Source of the DNA: Ylistrum balloti
Lineage: Eukaryota
Length of the DNA: 64,000 nucleotides
Reading direction: 5' to 3'
Assembly: GCF_031769215.1 (NCBI RefSeq)
Contig: NW_026782363.1
Coordinates: 124,001-188,000 of the forward strand
Part shown: piece after piece, positions 38,051 to 52,555 of the stretch
Layout of the letters: each line of letters opens with the position of its first letter
Position numbering within the stretch: position 1 is the stretch's first letter
The notes under the pieces: model-generated
Database searches by the model: none
Seen by the model: the letters and a program-made list of their open reading frames with translations, nothing else
What the model was told of the DNA's origin: nothing
Made by a program: the position numbers and the translations under genes

Positions 38051-38347
38051 GTAAGTGGATTCACTATAACCCCATGTAGCGGCACACTTCTAGGGAGGTC
38101 AGATATCAGCTGGCGACTCTCACCTCTATTTAAAACACATAATGCGATGAAGTGATGTCATACTTTAACAAGAACATATACACTACACAAAACTCTGCAG
38201 GAGGAAAAAGGTGGTTATATTTTGGTGGATGCTGTTTGTTGTGTAAAATGTACATCACACTTTATTTTTGTAAAATATTGCAGTGTTTTACAATAGGGAA
38301 CAATATGTTTTTTACTTCTTGGTGAATGGTTTTACAAAGTTTAAATT

Positions 38348-39835
38348 AGAATTAAAACAAGATATATCTGTGGTTAAAACAAGGTATAGATGTGGTTAAA
38401 ACAAGATATATCTGTGGTTAAAACAAGGTATAGATGTGGTTAAAACAAGATATATCTGTGGTTAAAACAAGGTAGATCTGTGGTTAAAACAAGGTATATC
38501 TGATTAAAACAAGATAGATCTGTGGTTAAAACAAGGTATAGATGTGGTTAAAACAAGATATATCTGTGGTTAAAAATAGATGTGGTTAAAACAAGATATA
38601 TCTGTGGTTGTGGTTAAAACAAGATATAAGGTAGATCTGTAGTTAAAACAAGGTATAGATGTGGTTAAAACAAGGTATAGATGTGGTTAAAACAAGGTAT
38701 ATCTGTGGTTAAAACAAGATATATCTGGTTAAAACAAGATAGATCTGTGGTTAAAACAAGGTATAGATGTGGTTAAAACAAGATATATCTGTGGTTAAAA
38801 CAAGGTATAGATGTGGTTAAAACAAGATATATCTGTGGTTAAAACAAGGTAGATCTGTGGTTAAAACAAGGTATATCTGTGGTTAAAACAAGGTATAGAT
38901 GTGGTTAAAACAAGGTATGTCTGTGGTTAAAACAAGATATATCTGTGGTTAAAAGAAGGTAGATCTGTGGTTAAAACAAGGTATAGATGTGGTTAAAACA
39001 AGATATATCTGCTTAAAACAAGGTATATCTGTGGTTAAAACAAGGTATATCTGTGGTTAAAAGAAGGTATATCTGTGGTTAAATCAAGTTATAGATGTGG
39101 TTAAAACAAGGTATATCTGTGCTTAAAACAAGGTATATCTGTAGTTAAAACAAGATATATCTGTGGTTAAAACAAGGTATATCTGGTTAAAACAAGGTAC
39201 ATCTGTGGTTAAAACAAGGTATATATGTGGTTAAAACATGGTATATCTGTGGTTAAAACAAGGTAAATCTGTGGTTAAAACAAGGTATATCTATAGTTAA
39301 AACAAGGTATATCTGCTTAAAACAAGGTATATCTGTGGTTAAAAGAAGGTATATCTGTGGTTAAATCAAGTTATAGATGTGGTTAAAACAAGGTATATCT
39401 GTGGTTAAAACAAGGTATAGATGTAGTTAAAACAAGATATATCTGTGGTTAAAACAAGGTATATCTGGTTAAAACAAGGTACATCTGTGGTTAAAACAAG
39501 GTATATCTGGTTAAAACAAGGTATATCTGTGGTTAAAACAAGGTGTATATGTGGTTAAAACATGGTATATCTGTGGTTAAAACAAGGTAAATCTGTGGTT
39601 AAAACAAGGTATATCTATAGTTAAAACAAGGTATATCTGCTTAAAACAAGGTATATCTGTGGTTAAAACAAGGTATATATATGGTTAAAATAAGTACATC
39701 TGTGGTTAAAACAAGGAACGTCTGTGGTTAAAACAAGGTATATCTGTTGTTAAAACAAGATATATCTGTGGTTAAAACAAGGTATATATGTGGTTAAAAC
39801 AAGGTATATCTGTGGTTAAAACAAGGTATATCTGT
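38348..39835. repeat. 22-bp minisatellite, about 67 copies
   Basis: Unit GTGGTTAAAACAAGGTATATCT. Confidence 0.97.
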
Positions 39836-40983
39836 ATTTGTGTATGTTTGATGGACATAAATAGAAGGACACTATCATGCTTAAAACATAGTTAAAGGTA
39901 CAAAACCTATTAATTTCCAGCATTCTATCCTACTAACCAGTTACAGATATATATATAAAACACCTATTAACATTGACAAATAATTGGTTTTAAGATTTGT
40001 CCGTGTTACTCATTTGTTTGACCTTGATGATATGTGTAATACCCATCGGGTTTGGGACATCATACTTTATGCATTACAGAAATTGAGACAGGGAAATCCA
40101 ATGTAACTTGTAAATTAAAAGATTGATATTATCTTTAGGGTGTTGAAAGAAAAATGAAAAAATATGAACATTGGAGAGGATGAATATCTTCTTGATTGTT
40201 AAGATTTTCCTGCCAATTACAACAGATTTAAAAACCATTGAACACCCAATCTTTCCAGTATGCAAAAAATACATACGAGTTGTTCTGTCCCTCATTCTGC
40301 CAACTACAGCATTGACTCTAGCAGAAATGTGGAATTAATCAAATTTGTGAAATCTGTAAGAAAAAAAGAAAATTTCATGCACAAGAGATGCAACAGTCAT
40401 GGTACAAATTTAGTTTGGCATGTAACTTGAGATAATAATCAGCCTTTAAACCATTCCCTATGGTACTAACAGTGCCTGTTTTGGGATACAAACCCAAGGG
40501 GCTGCCCCTACCAGCATGCACCACATGGGATCTGCCGCTGAAGTACTCATGTTTTTAAAATTAGCAAAAAATCCCCTTAATGAGTGAGAAAATAGTTTCA
40601 ACATGAATCATACATAAAAGCTTTAATTCATTTTCATTTTCAGATGTAAAAAAGCAATTAACAATTTCTTTTTCAGTTATTTCTGATTCTTTCATTTCGG
40701 TGAAAATTCTACAGTATTTACATCACATAACTTTCATTTTCATATTTTATTTGAATTAGAATTGAGGATGGGTATTTCATACTAGTTAATTGCAATTGGT
40801 GTACATTTTATTGTTTTGTAAAAGAAACCTTTTTAAATTCATACTGATGTAAACTATTGCAGGATCTAATTATCATTCTCTTAATGACCTTACCTGGTAT
40901 CATGCAAACAACAGTTTAAAAACACAAAGTTAATCATGGAAGGAAAATTGGTCCCTACATATTTAAAGTGCACTAAAGCTCAA

Positions 40984-41830
40984 TAGGGACATCACTGGTT
41001 TCTCTACCTGTATAAAGTAACTAAAACTCAAAAGGGACATCACTGGTTTCTCTACCTGTATAAAGTAACTTAACTCAATAGGGACATCTTTTGTTTCTGT
41101 ACCTGTATAAAGTAACTAAATCTCAATACGGACATCATTGGTTTGTGTACCTGTATAAAGTAACTAAAACTCAATAGGGACATCTTTGGTTTCTGTACCT
41201 GTATAAAGTAACTAAAACTCAAAAGGGACATCATTGGTTTCTGTACCTGTCTAAAGTAACTAAAGCTCAATACGGACATCACTGGTTTCTGTACCTGTAT
41301 AAAGTAACTAAAACTAAATAGGGACATCATTGGTTTCTGTACCTGTATAAAGTAACTAAAACTAAATAGGGACATCATTGGTTTCTCTACCTGTATAAAG
41401 TAACTAAAACTCAATAGCGACATCTTTGGTTTCTGTACCTGTATAAAGTAACTAAAGCTCAATACGGACATCACTGGTTTCTGTACCTGTATAAAGTAAC
41501 TAAAACTCAATAGGGACATCTTTGGTTTCTGTACCTGTATAAAGTAACTAAAGCTCAACACGGACATCACTGGTTTCTGTACCTGTATAAAGTAACTAAA
41601 GCTCAATAGGGACATCACTGGTTTCTCTACCTGTATAAAGTAACTAAAACTAAATAGGGACATCTTTGGTTTCTGTACCTGTATAAAGTAAATTAACTCA
41701 ATAGGGACATCTTTTGTTTCTGTACCTGTATAAAGTAACTAAAACTCAATAGGGACATCATTGGTTTCTCTACCTGTATAAAGTAACTAAAACTCAATAG
41801 GGACATCATTGTTTTCTGTACATTTATAAA
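40984..41830. repeat. 48-bp minisatellite, about 17 copies
   Basis: Unit GGGACATCACTGGTTTCTCTACCTGTATAAAGTAACTAAAACTCAATA. Confidence 0.97.
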
Positions 41831-42100
41831 TTGAATAAATCTCTCAGGGATATCATTGGTTTCTCTACGTGTATGTAGTGCATTATAACTAACTTGGAAT
41901 TCGTTGGTTTCTGTAGAAGTATAAAGTGAGCTAAAGCTCAGTAGGACATTGGTAACTGAATAAAGTGCACTGAAGCTCGTTTGGCCATCACTGGGACATG
42001 TTGGTAAGATTACATTTTCTGTGTGGAGTGCTGTATGAATAAATCTGGTAAATCATCTGAAAACTTCCACTGTTAATTGAACCTACTCTCTTGTTTGGTT

Positions 42101-42270
42101 ACTTAGCTAATTCTGGCCTGAAGGTCCCCCAGTCTAACCCCTTGGAGGAGGAGGAGTGGTGCCTAATGAGGGGAAAAAATAAATGTGTTTTAAAATACTT
42201 CAAATTAACCAGTTTCAGCAAAATAAACCAGGTGAGCGATACAGAGCCCTATGGGCCTTTTGGTTTTTTT
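42101..42270 (+). mobile_element. Short degenerate HINE of a second family
   Basis: 5' TTAGCTAATTCTGGCCTGAAGG; 3' CCAGGTGAGCGATACAG plus hairpin GCCCTATGGGC and a T-run. Confidence 0.55.
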
Positions 42271-43344
42271 TTTATCAGATTTTGTCTGAAATTGATTGTA
42301 AGCAAAACAGAATTGAAGACAATTCAGAAAATCTTTCCTATACTTCGAGCAAGTAGGATAAGATAAATCACTTGTAATTATGTAACTTTGAGATGGCTTT
42401 CTTTGTAATATGTGTGGAAATGTATAAAATTATGTATACATGTTTGTGATATGGCATTACTTCAAGCTAAGAGTGTGCTGCACTTTTATGTATGAAATAT
42501 GTACATGGACAAGGTACAAGTATAATATCATGTAGTATTAGATGTAAACAAGAAACTTGGCATAAACAATTTGTATTATACACAAATACATGAATAAAGT
42601 TCACTAATGCTCATGGAAGGAATGCCTGATGAGTTAATTAGTGTGTGATATTTTTAGACAAAAGACGGAGAAAAAAGTGAGGTACATAGCAGATGTAAAC
42701 GTGAAAAAATATCATTTGAAGCAAAACAAAGATGACAGAGGTTTCTCTGCCAAATTTTAGTTAAACTTAATTGAAAATGAGACAACCATGGTTACAATTC
42801 ATAATTCATCTACTCACATATGGCAGACTGGCATTTCTGAAGTGAAAGGACACATTTTGTATTTTGTTATCAATTTTAAAAAACCTTATTGGATACTTAA
42901 TTTTTACAGAGATATGCAGTCTGTGAATTACAATTAATTACTAACATCTACATCAGAATGAATATAGAGTAGTTATGTGATTTTTAAACCTGTTTACTAT
43001 CTTATGAATATTAATGAGGCTATGTTAATCAGAGCAGCAAACAAGAAATTGATTTTCTCTACACTATAAGTAAAGTAGAAGAGTTGGAAAATAAAGTCAT
43101 AGAGCTTGAGGAACTTGTCACAAATTATCAGATGATACCTTATTTACAACTAAAGTACAGTTAAGGATATATCCTACTTAACATGTAATACACTTTGTTG
43201 GAGTTGTCTACCTTCCATTTAATAATTGTCTAAAGTCTCATACTGTTTCTACAAATGTAACGATATCATTAAACACAAACTTTGTGTGACAAACTTGGTA
43301 TCAATAAGAATTCTATAGAATTGCATGTCTCACTCATGAATAAT

Positions 43345-45835
43345 ACACACAGGAGCCATATTTAACTCACACAGGAGCAATGAATACCTCACACAGGAGC
43401 CATGTATAACTCACACAGGAGCCATGTATAACTCACACAGGAGCCATGTATAACTCACACAGGAGCCATGTATAACTCACACAGGAGCCATGTATAACTC
43501 ACACAGGAGCCATGTATAACTCACACAGGAGCCATATATAACCATGTATAACTCACACAGGAGCCATATATAACTCACACAGGAGCCATATATAACTCAC
43601 ACAGGAGCCATGTATAACTCACACAGGAGCTATGTATAACTCACACAGGAGCCATATATAACTCACACAGGAGCTATGTATAACTGACACATGATCCATA
43701 TATAACTCACATAGGAGCTATGTATAACTCACATAGGAGCCATGTATAACTCACACAGGAGCCATATATAACTCACACAGGAGCTATGTATAACTCACAC
43801 AGGAGCCATGTATAACTCACACAGGAGCCATGTATAACTCACACAGGAGCCATGTATAACTCACACAGGAAACATATATAACTCACAAAGGAGCTATGTA
43901 TAACTCACACAGGAGTATAACTCACACAAGGAGCCATGTATAACTCACACAGGAGCCATATATAACTCTCTCCGGAGACATATATAACTCACACAGGAGC
44001 TATGTATAACTCACACAGGAGCTATATATAACCAACACAGGAGCTATGTATAACTGACACATGATCCTTATATAACTCACACAGGAGCCATATATAACTC
44101 ACACAGGAGCTATGTATAACTCACACAGGAGCCATATATAACTCACACAGGAGCTATGTATAACTCACACAGGAGCTATGTATAACTGACACAGGAGCCA
44201 TATATAACTCACACAGGAGCCATATATAACCAACACAGGAGCTATGTATAACTGACACATGATCCTTGTATAACTCACACAGGAGCCATGTATAACTCAC
44301 ACAGGAGCTATATATGACCTTATATAACTGACACATGAGCTATATATAACTCACACAGGAGCTATGTATAACTGACACATGATCCTTATATAACTCACAC
44401 AGGAGCTATGTATAACTCACACAGGAGCCATATATAACTCACACAGGAGCTATGTATAACTGACACATGATCCTTATATAACTCACACAGGAGCTATGTA
44501 TAACTGACACAGGAGCTATGTATAACTCACACAGGAGCTATGTATAACTGACACAGGAGCTATGTATAACTGACACATGATCCTTATATAACTCACACAG
44601 GAGCTATGTATAACTGACACATGATCCTTATATAACTCACACAGGAGCCATGTATAACTCACACAGGAGCCATGTATAACTCACACAGGAGCCATGTATA
44701 ACTCACACAGGAGCCATGTATAACTCACACAGGAGCCATGTATAACTCACACAGGAGCCATGTATAACTCACATAGGAGCCATGTATAACTCACACAGGA
44801 GCCATATATAACTCACACAGGAGCTATGTATAACTGACACAGGAGCCATATATAACTCACACAGGAGCTATGTATAACTCACACAGGAGCTATGTATAAC
44901 TGACACAGGAGCTATGTATAACTGACACAGGAGCTATGTATAACTGACACATGATCCTTATATAACTCACACAGGAGCTATGTATAACTCACACAGGAGC
45001 TATGTATAACTCACACAGGAGCTATGTATAACTGACACATGATCCTTATATAACTCACACAGGTATAAGACACAGGATATATAACTCACACACATATAAC
45101 TCACACTAGAGCCATATATAACTCACACAGGAGCTATGTATAACTGACACATGATCCTTATATAACTCACACAGGAGCTATGTATAACTCACACAGGAGC
45201 TATGTATAACTCACACAGGAGCCATATATAACTCACACAGGAGCCATATATAACTCACACAGGAGCTATGTATAACTCACACAGGAGCCATATATAACTC
45301 ACACAGGAGCTATGTATAACTGACACATGATCCTTATATAACTCACACAGGAGCTATGTATAACTCACACAGGAGCCATATATAACTCACACAGGAGCTA
45401 TGTATAACTGACACAGGAGCTATGTATAACTGACACATGATCCTTATATAACTCACACAGGAGCTATGTATAACTCACACAGGAGCTATGTATAACTGAC
45501 ACAGGAGCTATGTATAACTCACACAGGAGCTATGTATAACTCACACAGGAGCCATGTATAACTCACACAGGAGCCATGTATAACTCACACAGGAGCCATG
45601 TATAACTCACACAGGAGCCATATATAACTCACACAGGAGCTATGTATAACTCACACAGGAGCCATATATAACTCACACAGGAGCCATATATAACTCACAC
45701 AGGAGCTATGTATAACTGACACATGATCCTTATATAACTCACACAGGAGCCATGTATAACTCACACAGGAGCTATGTATAACTGACACATGATCCTTATA
45801 TATCTCACACACGAGCTATGTATAACTCACACGGT
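43345..45835. repeat. 22-bp minisatellite, about 110 copies, with an interspersed variant unit
   Basis: Unit TATAACTCACACAGGAGCCATG; variant TATAACTGACACATGATCCTTA. Confidence 0.97.
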
Positions 45836-47575
45836 GGCTATCTAAATATATCACACATGAGCTTACCATTAATAGAACTTAAAATTCAATGTTTTTTTAT
45901 TAACAGAGTTGAAAAAATTATTACTGTTACAAATTGATCAGCAATTCATTTATTGGTTGTAGTGTTGTATATCATTGGAAACATTCCTGCTTAACTTTTA
46001 ATTTTGTGATGAATTACTTAATTAAAAAGAAAATTAACAAAGTCCAACTAAGAAGAGATCTTTTGGTCTACAGTCAGGTATCTGATTTCCTAACCAATCG
46101 AATGGTGTTCTGGAAGTTAGTGACATACATTACATGGTATTTATATGGTTGATGGTTTTCATCATTATCATCTCCTTGTAAGTTTGCAATGTAAATTAAT
46201 ATAAAGATGTATCATTCTGATTACCAGGAAGATTTAACAGTAATTTAAAATGATATGCTATTTAGCTCAGGTGGATTTGAAACATTTGAATTATACCTGG
46301 GTAATCTTTTTGTTCAATAGAGTATTCCATTGGGGTGACAAGAACTAATCTAAATTACACGATATACAACGTGTATATGATACAGATATGTTGGACTGTA
46401 GACATTCTGTAAACTAAGGACATTCTGATTTTCTACAAATTTCTCACTTCACCGAGAAAATCATGAAATCACTCTTGTGATGATAAAATGTCTAAATCTA
46501 TTATTGGATGTACTGTGTGTGTTGTGACATTAGTAATTAACACAGGTGGTTTGTATCACTGTATGTATCCCAGGTCTCACTAAATATTATAGACATGCTC
46601 ATTCATCGTCAAAAATTGTCTAAAATTTATACTCATGATTGAGAGAAACAAGATTTTAGGAGGAAGTACATGAGTACTATATTTACTGACAGTGCAATTA
46701 ATATTTTTATTGCAATTAAACCCTCTGCCCAAATGAAAAATGATTGATCAAAAATAACGATGGGGATTTGCAAGAATCTCCTGTTTTTACTTTAAAATCT
46801 TTCTGTTTTATGTTTGAATGAAGATTTTTTTAACATTCTGTTGGGAGGAAAACAAACTAGTTTTATGTAACTGTGGGCATAGGCACCTTTGCCTAAGGGG
46901 GCAGGGGCTGGGATCTGAGTAGGAGGTATATCATAAATTTTGCATAGTCCTCCTTTTCTGTAGGAGATTCCTGGTTTGTGGACTAAAGGTGACTTTATAA
47001 ACTGTGGGTTTAACAACTCTGAAGTATCAGTGAATGCTACTAAATATAATTTTGTAGTTTGACACTTAGAAAGGGAGAAATGAGGTCTGCAGCTCACTGT
47101 GGGAGGGGCAATTATCTTTAATGATTAAAGTATGAAAACAAAGTTGCAAACTATTTGATCTGATATCACATAACAATAAAAAATAATCCATCAATATGAA
47201 AATGACTGAGCAAGGTTTTCTATTTCTGTGTTACTGTTGCATGAAAAATGTAAGCATTAATTGTAGTAATAAGGCTTATTAGCTAGTTCGAGTAGGTGTT
47301 TGGCAGATCATTCAAAGGCCTTCATAACATTGCAAGTTTGGTTTTCAGCTGTGACTATACAAGAGTCAGTAAAGAAACAAGGCAGGATTGTACATGTAGT
47401 TTCATGCTTGTTTATATAAATCTATTGGATGTTAGTATATGTAGTTTCCTCTAAATCTCTATTTGTTTCCATAATCTATATTCACTCTTTTGTCATTTGT
47501 ATGGAGTATAAACCTTTTTAAAATTTCCTATATATGTTCTGACTGAAAGAATGTGTATCTCCAGTACTGTTCTAA

Positions 47576-49123
47576 CCTGTCTTACTTTGGTATACAGCAA
47601 TGTTTGTATGTCTTACTTTGGTATACAATAATGTTTGTATGTCTTACTTTGGTATACAACAATGTTTGTATGTCTTACTTTGGTATACAACAATGTTTGT
47701 ATGTCTTACTTTGGTATACGGAAATGTTGGGATGTCTTACTTTGGTATACAGCAATGTTTGTATGTCTTACTTTGGTATACAACAATGTTTGTATGTCTT
47801 ACTTTGGTATACAACAATGTTTGTATGTCTTACTTTGGTATACAACAATGTTTGTATGTCTTACTTTGGTATACGGAAATGTTGGGATGTCTTACTTTGG
47901 TATACAGCAATGTTTGTATGTCTTACTTTGGTATACAACAATGTTTGTATGTCTTACTTTGGTATACGGAAATGTTGGGATGTCTTACTTTGGTATACAA
48001 CAATGTACGGATGTCTTACATTGGTATACAACAATGTTTGTATGTCTTACTTTGGTATACAACAATGTTTGTATGTCTTACTTTGGTATACAACAATGTT
48101 GGGATGTCTTACTTTGGTATACAACAATGTTTGTATGTCTTACTTTGGTATACAGCAATGTTGGGATGTCTTACTTTGGTATACAACAACGTTGGGATGT
48201 CTTACTTTGGTATACAGCAATGTTTTTATGTCTTACTTTGGTATACAACAATGTTGGGATGTCTTACTTTGGTATACAACAACGTTGGGATGTCTTACTT
48301 TGGTATACAACAATGTTGGGATGTCTTACTTTGGTATACAACAATGTTTGTATGTCTTACTTTGGTATACAACAATGTTGGGATGTCTTACTTTGGTATA
48401 CAGCAATGTTGGGATGTCTTACTTTGGTATACAGCAATGTTTTTATGTCTTACTTTCGTATACAACAATGTTGGGATGTCTTACTTTGGTATACAACAAT
48501 GTTGGGATGTCTTACTTTGGTATACAACAATGTTTGTATGTCTTACTTTGGTATACAACAATGTTGGGATGTCTTACTTTGGTATACAACAATGTTGGGA
48601 TGTCTTACTTTGGTATACAACAATGTTGGGATGTCTTACTTTGGTATACAGCAATGTTTGTATGTCTTACTTTGGTATACAACAATGATTGTATGTCTTA
48701 CTTTGGTATACAATAATGTTGGGATGTCTTACTTTGGTATACAATGATGTTGTGATGTCTTACTTTGGTATACAACAATGTTGTGATGTCATACTTTGGT
48801 ATACAGCAATGTTTTTATGTCTTACTTTGGTATACAGCAATGTTGGGATGTCTTACTTTGGTATACAATAATGTTGGGATGTCTTACTTTGGTATACAAC
48901 AATGTTGGGATGTCTTACTTTGGTATACAGCAATGTTGGGATGTCTTACTTTGGTATACAACAATGTTGGGATGTCTTACTTTGGTATACAACAATGTTG
49001 GGATGTCTTACTTTGGTATACAACAATGTTGGGATGTCTTACTTTGGTATACAACAATGTTGGGATGTCTTACTTTGGTATACAATGATGTTGGGATGTC
49101 TTACTTTGGTATACAGCAATGTT
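47576..49123. repeat. 31-bp minisatellite, about 50 copies
   Basis: Unit TATGTCTTACTTTGGTATACAACAATGTTTG; TTTGTA variant dominates on the left and TTGGGA on the right. Confidence 0.97.
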
Positions 49124-50533
49124 TGGATATCTTTCTTTTGTATAACATGACCAGGATTTAGATTTTGACTTTTTTTCATCAAAGAATCCATGTTGTTTAG
49201 TAAGGAGTAAAATTGTTACCTTGGCATTCTGCTGCAGCCACAAAACTCTTCTGCTCCATATTTTGGTACAAGCTGGTAATAAGAAACTACAAGGTTCATA
49301 AATTAATATAATGCTGGCTGCTAGATCTTGGCGGAGACTGAGCTGAAGCTTAAAACATTGCAGTCAGGGTATTTTTAGCTTCATTATGTCACCATGAAGT
49401 CTATATTTGCAGCTAGTCATTAATGCATTGGTGGTTGAAAAAGTTGTACATCATAAAGCAATGATTTGGTCCAGTGACCTGGGCAGGGTGGGAACACCTG
49501 GCTGGGAGACCATTATACAAAGAGATGTGCTGCTTTAGCTGAGCGGCCGGCCAGTGAGCCAGATATAGCAGTCGGGCAGCCAGGCAGGCAAACTGGATCA
49601 ATACACGAAGCAAGACTGATGGCGCTTTGACGTAAGTGCAGTGTTTTATAGGTGTGCGATCTTTCTACATTGATGCTCTAAATATACTGTACACGGACAG
49701 AGTAGCCGAGAATAATTCCATTTGGAAATCAAAGCTTGTTTGGTCTATTCCAAGTCTTGTAGCTGCTGGCCTATGTTCAGTCAGTGAGAGTGTCGTGTGC
49801 TGCTGATGCTGCTGCTGATGCATTCCTAGTTTTAAAACCGGGGGAAATAATGTCAGCTAGGGTTGGCGACAATGCAAAGGCATGGTAGTGGTGCTAGCAG
49901 GGAGATGGTGACCACCACACCACTGTGGCTCTGACCAGATGATCTATGGACATTTGGAGCCTTGATGCAGGGCTCTGTACTGTGCTGTCTGCAATAACAA
50001 TACAGCAACTGTCTTCATACTTGCATTGACTTCTTAAATGCTTTGGCACTGCATTTATTCTAGAATTTCATTAAGAAAACTGAAACCTTCATCTGTGTCC
50101 ATCTGCCATTAGTAGACCGAGATATCAGCTGTACTTATGTGGAGCTTGGCGGCATTCAGTTCTTCATCAACCACGTATAGTAGTGACAAATGAATAATCG
50201 CTAAAATGGAGACATACAGCATAGTTTACAAATGTGTAGACATGTCGCTGATAAAAACCTCAGCAGTGTGAGGAGAAACTTGGAATCTTGTACAGCCTTA
50301 TGGCTGACAGCTGTGTCACATAGTTAACAGCAAACACAAAAAGCAGGATATTTTCAGCTGTTTTCTGGGTTAGGTCATATCTGCTGTGAATTATTTTCGC
50401 TAAAATTAAAGGAGACTTAACCTAAAAATTCAGACATGTTTTACACAGGTATCCTTCCCTGCCATATCCTTGTGTAGTTCAATAACATATCAGGGTGAAG
50501 TGGAAACCTTTCCCTCCTGTGTCTTTGGTGTAG

Positions 50534-50604
50534 CATTTTCACTGATTTGGGAAAAGTGGAAGAATCAGTGAAGAGACATCCAGAAATGTGCAGTGATGAG
50601 ACAG
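50534..50604 (+). CDS. Candidate internal coding exon (IFTDLGKVEESVKRHPEMCSDET)
   Basis: Acceptor TTTCCCTCCTGTGTCTTTGGTGTAG, purine-rich 71-nt open exon, donor CAG|GTGAGA. Confidence 0.38.
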
Positions 50605-51520
50605 GTGAGAAACATATATAAGTAAGATAGTTAGAAACGTGTTTAAGTAAGACAGGTGAAATATGTATAAGTAAGACAGGTAAGAGACATGTATAAGTAA
50701 GACAGGTGAGAGACATGTATAAGTAAGATATTAGAATGGTATTTAAGTAAGACAGGTGAAATATGATAAGTAAGACAGGTGAAATATGTATAAGTAAGAT
50801 ATTAGAAACGTGTTTAAGTAAGACAGGTGAAATATGATAAGTAAGACAGGTCGGAGACATGTATAAGTAAGACAGGTGAGAGACATGTATAAGTAAGACA
50901 GATGAGAGACATGTATAAGTAAGACAGGTGAGAGACATGTATAAGTAAGACAGGTGAGAGACATGTATAAGTAAGACAGGTGAGAGACATGTATAAGTAA
51001 GACAGGTGAAATAGGTGAGAGACATGTATAAGTGAGAGACATGGTGAGAGACATGTATAAGTAGGTGAGAGACATGTATAAGTAAGACAGGTGAGAGACA
51101 TGTATAAGTAAGATAGGTGAGAGACATGTATAAGAAAGACAGGTGAGAGACATGTATAAGTAAGACAGGTGAGAGACATGTATAAGTAAGATAGGTGAGA
51201 TGTGTATAAGAAGGTAAGAGAAATGTTTAATACGACAGGTAAAAGACATCTATAAGTAAGATAGGTGAGATATGTATAAGTAAGACAGGTTAGAGACATG
51301 TATAAGTAAGATAGGTGAGAGACATGTATAAGAAAGACAGGTAAGAGACATGTATAAGTAAGACAGGTGAGAGAAATGTGTTTAAGTAAGACATGTGAGA
51401 TATGTATAAGTAAGACAGGTGAGAGAAATGTGTTTAAGTAAGACAAGTGAGATATGTATACGACTGGTAAGACAGGTGATATTTGTATAAGACTGGTTAG
51501 AAACGTGTTTAAGTAAGACA
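50597..51520. repeat. 26-bp minisatellite, about 35 copies
   Basis: Unit AGTAAGACAGGTGAGAGACATGTATA. Confidence 0.95.
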
Positions 51521-52555
51521 TATAAATGAAACAAATGAGAAATATTTGTAAGTGAAACAGATAGTTGTACATACCATATTAATATGAGCGAAACTATCAG
51601 ATAAATAATTGTACATTCCATATTTGTAAGTGGGACAAATAGCTATATGGTTGTACAGTCAATATTTACCAGTGAGACAAACAGCAGTATTGTTTATACC
51701 ATCAATATCTGAAATAAAACAAACAGCTGATTGGTTTACAAGTAAGCTATAAGGCTGTACATTCCATATGTAAGACAAACAGCAATATGAATACTTTTTT
51801 ATATGTTCCAGAGTGAGTTATATGTGAAATTAGAATGTAAGATGTTTGATTACCTGACATCAAACTAGTTAGTTTAGATAATCTAAACAAGAGATTCACT
51901 CTTGGTAATCAGCTGAGTCGGCAATAATCAGTAATTAAGATATCAGTTCTTCCTTATAAACATGATTTAACTCTTGGTACAGGTAAAAAAAAATCAAAAT
52001 TAGAAAGATAATTGGTACCCTATCGTTTAAACAGAAAAGACATAAATATTGTTGGTATGAAAGCACAAGATTGTGACCACAAGTTACTGGAATTTACATT
52101 AGGTGTGTCCAGGGTTTAAACAGGATGTACACCTTAGCTGTGTTAGATGAGAAGAATGGGATATGATAAATCACTGGTATGATTGTAGTAAATGGTAATT
52201 GATGTGCTGTTACACTGGTTTAGTCAGTGTATAGACAGGATTCAGTACTCTAATCCATGTTATGTATCAGGTAAATATTTTCTTTCTTTTTTCATTCTTT
52301 AAAGCATATTGTTTGCAGTGTAAAAGATAATTGTTTAATACATTCAATGAAACAAAGTGATGAGCAGCGCACCAAAATCACAGCTCTTGCACAATGTCTG
52401 TCAGTCACCAAAAAAAACATAAAAATGTTTCAAGTTCATTTAGATGGAAAACAATGAGGCCACTAGGTTCTCTTTTGTTCAAATTATAGTGAGTGTTTCT
52501 AAATATATATGAGTATACAGTATATAGAAGTATATAAAGTCACTTCCCATATTTG

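Noticed and set aside
41070-41663. 197-aa ORF of SLLSFSYFIQVQKP repeats
   Set aside because: 48-bp tandem array
43000-43165. Coiled-coil-like fragment KVEELENKVIELEELVTNYQ
   Set aside because: Short, frameshifted relative to the nearest ATG and without good splice sites; probably a transposon remnant
47553-49161. Overlapping ORFs of 360-390 aa
   Set aside because: 31-bp array open in all three frames, typical of a stop-free satellite
50414-50458. U12-like signals (CTTAAC and CAG GTATCCTTCC)
   Set aside because: Partial matches with no partner site or coding context; the nearby U2-type exon is better supported
50441-51621. Minus-strand ORFs of 168-252 aa
   Set aside because: 26-bp array translation
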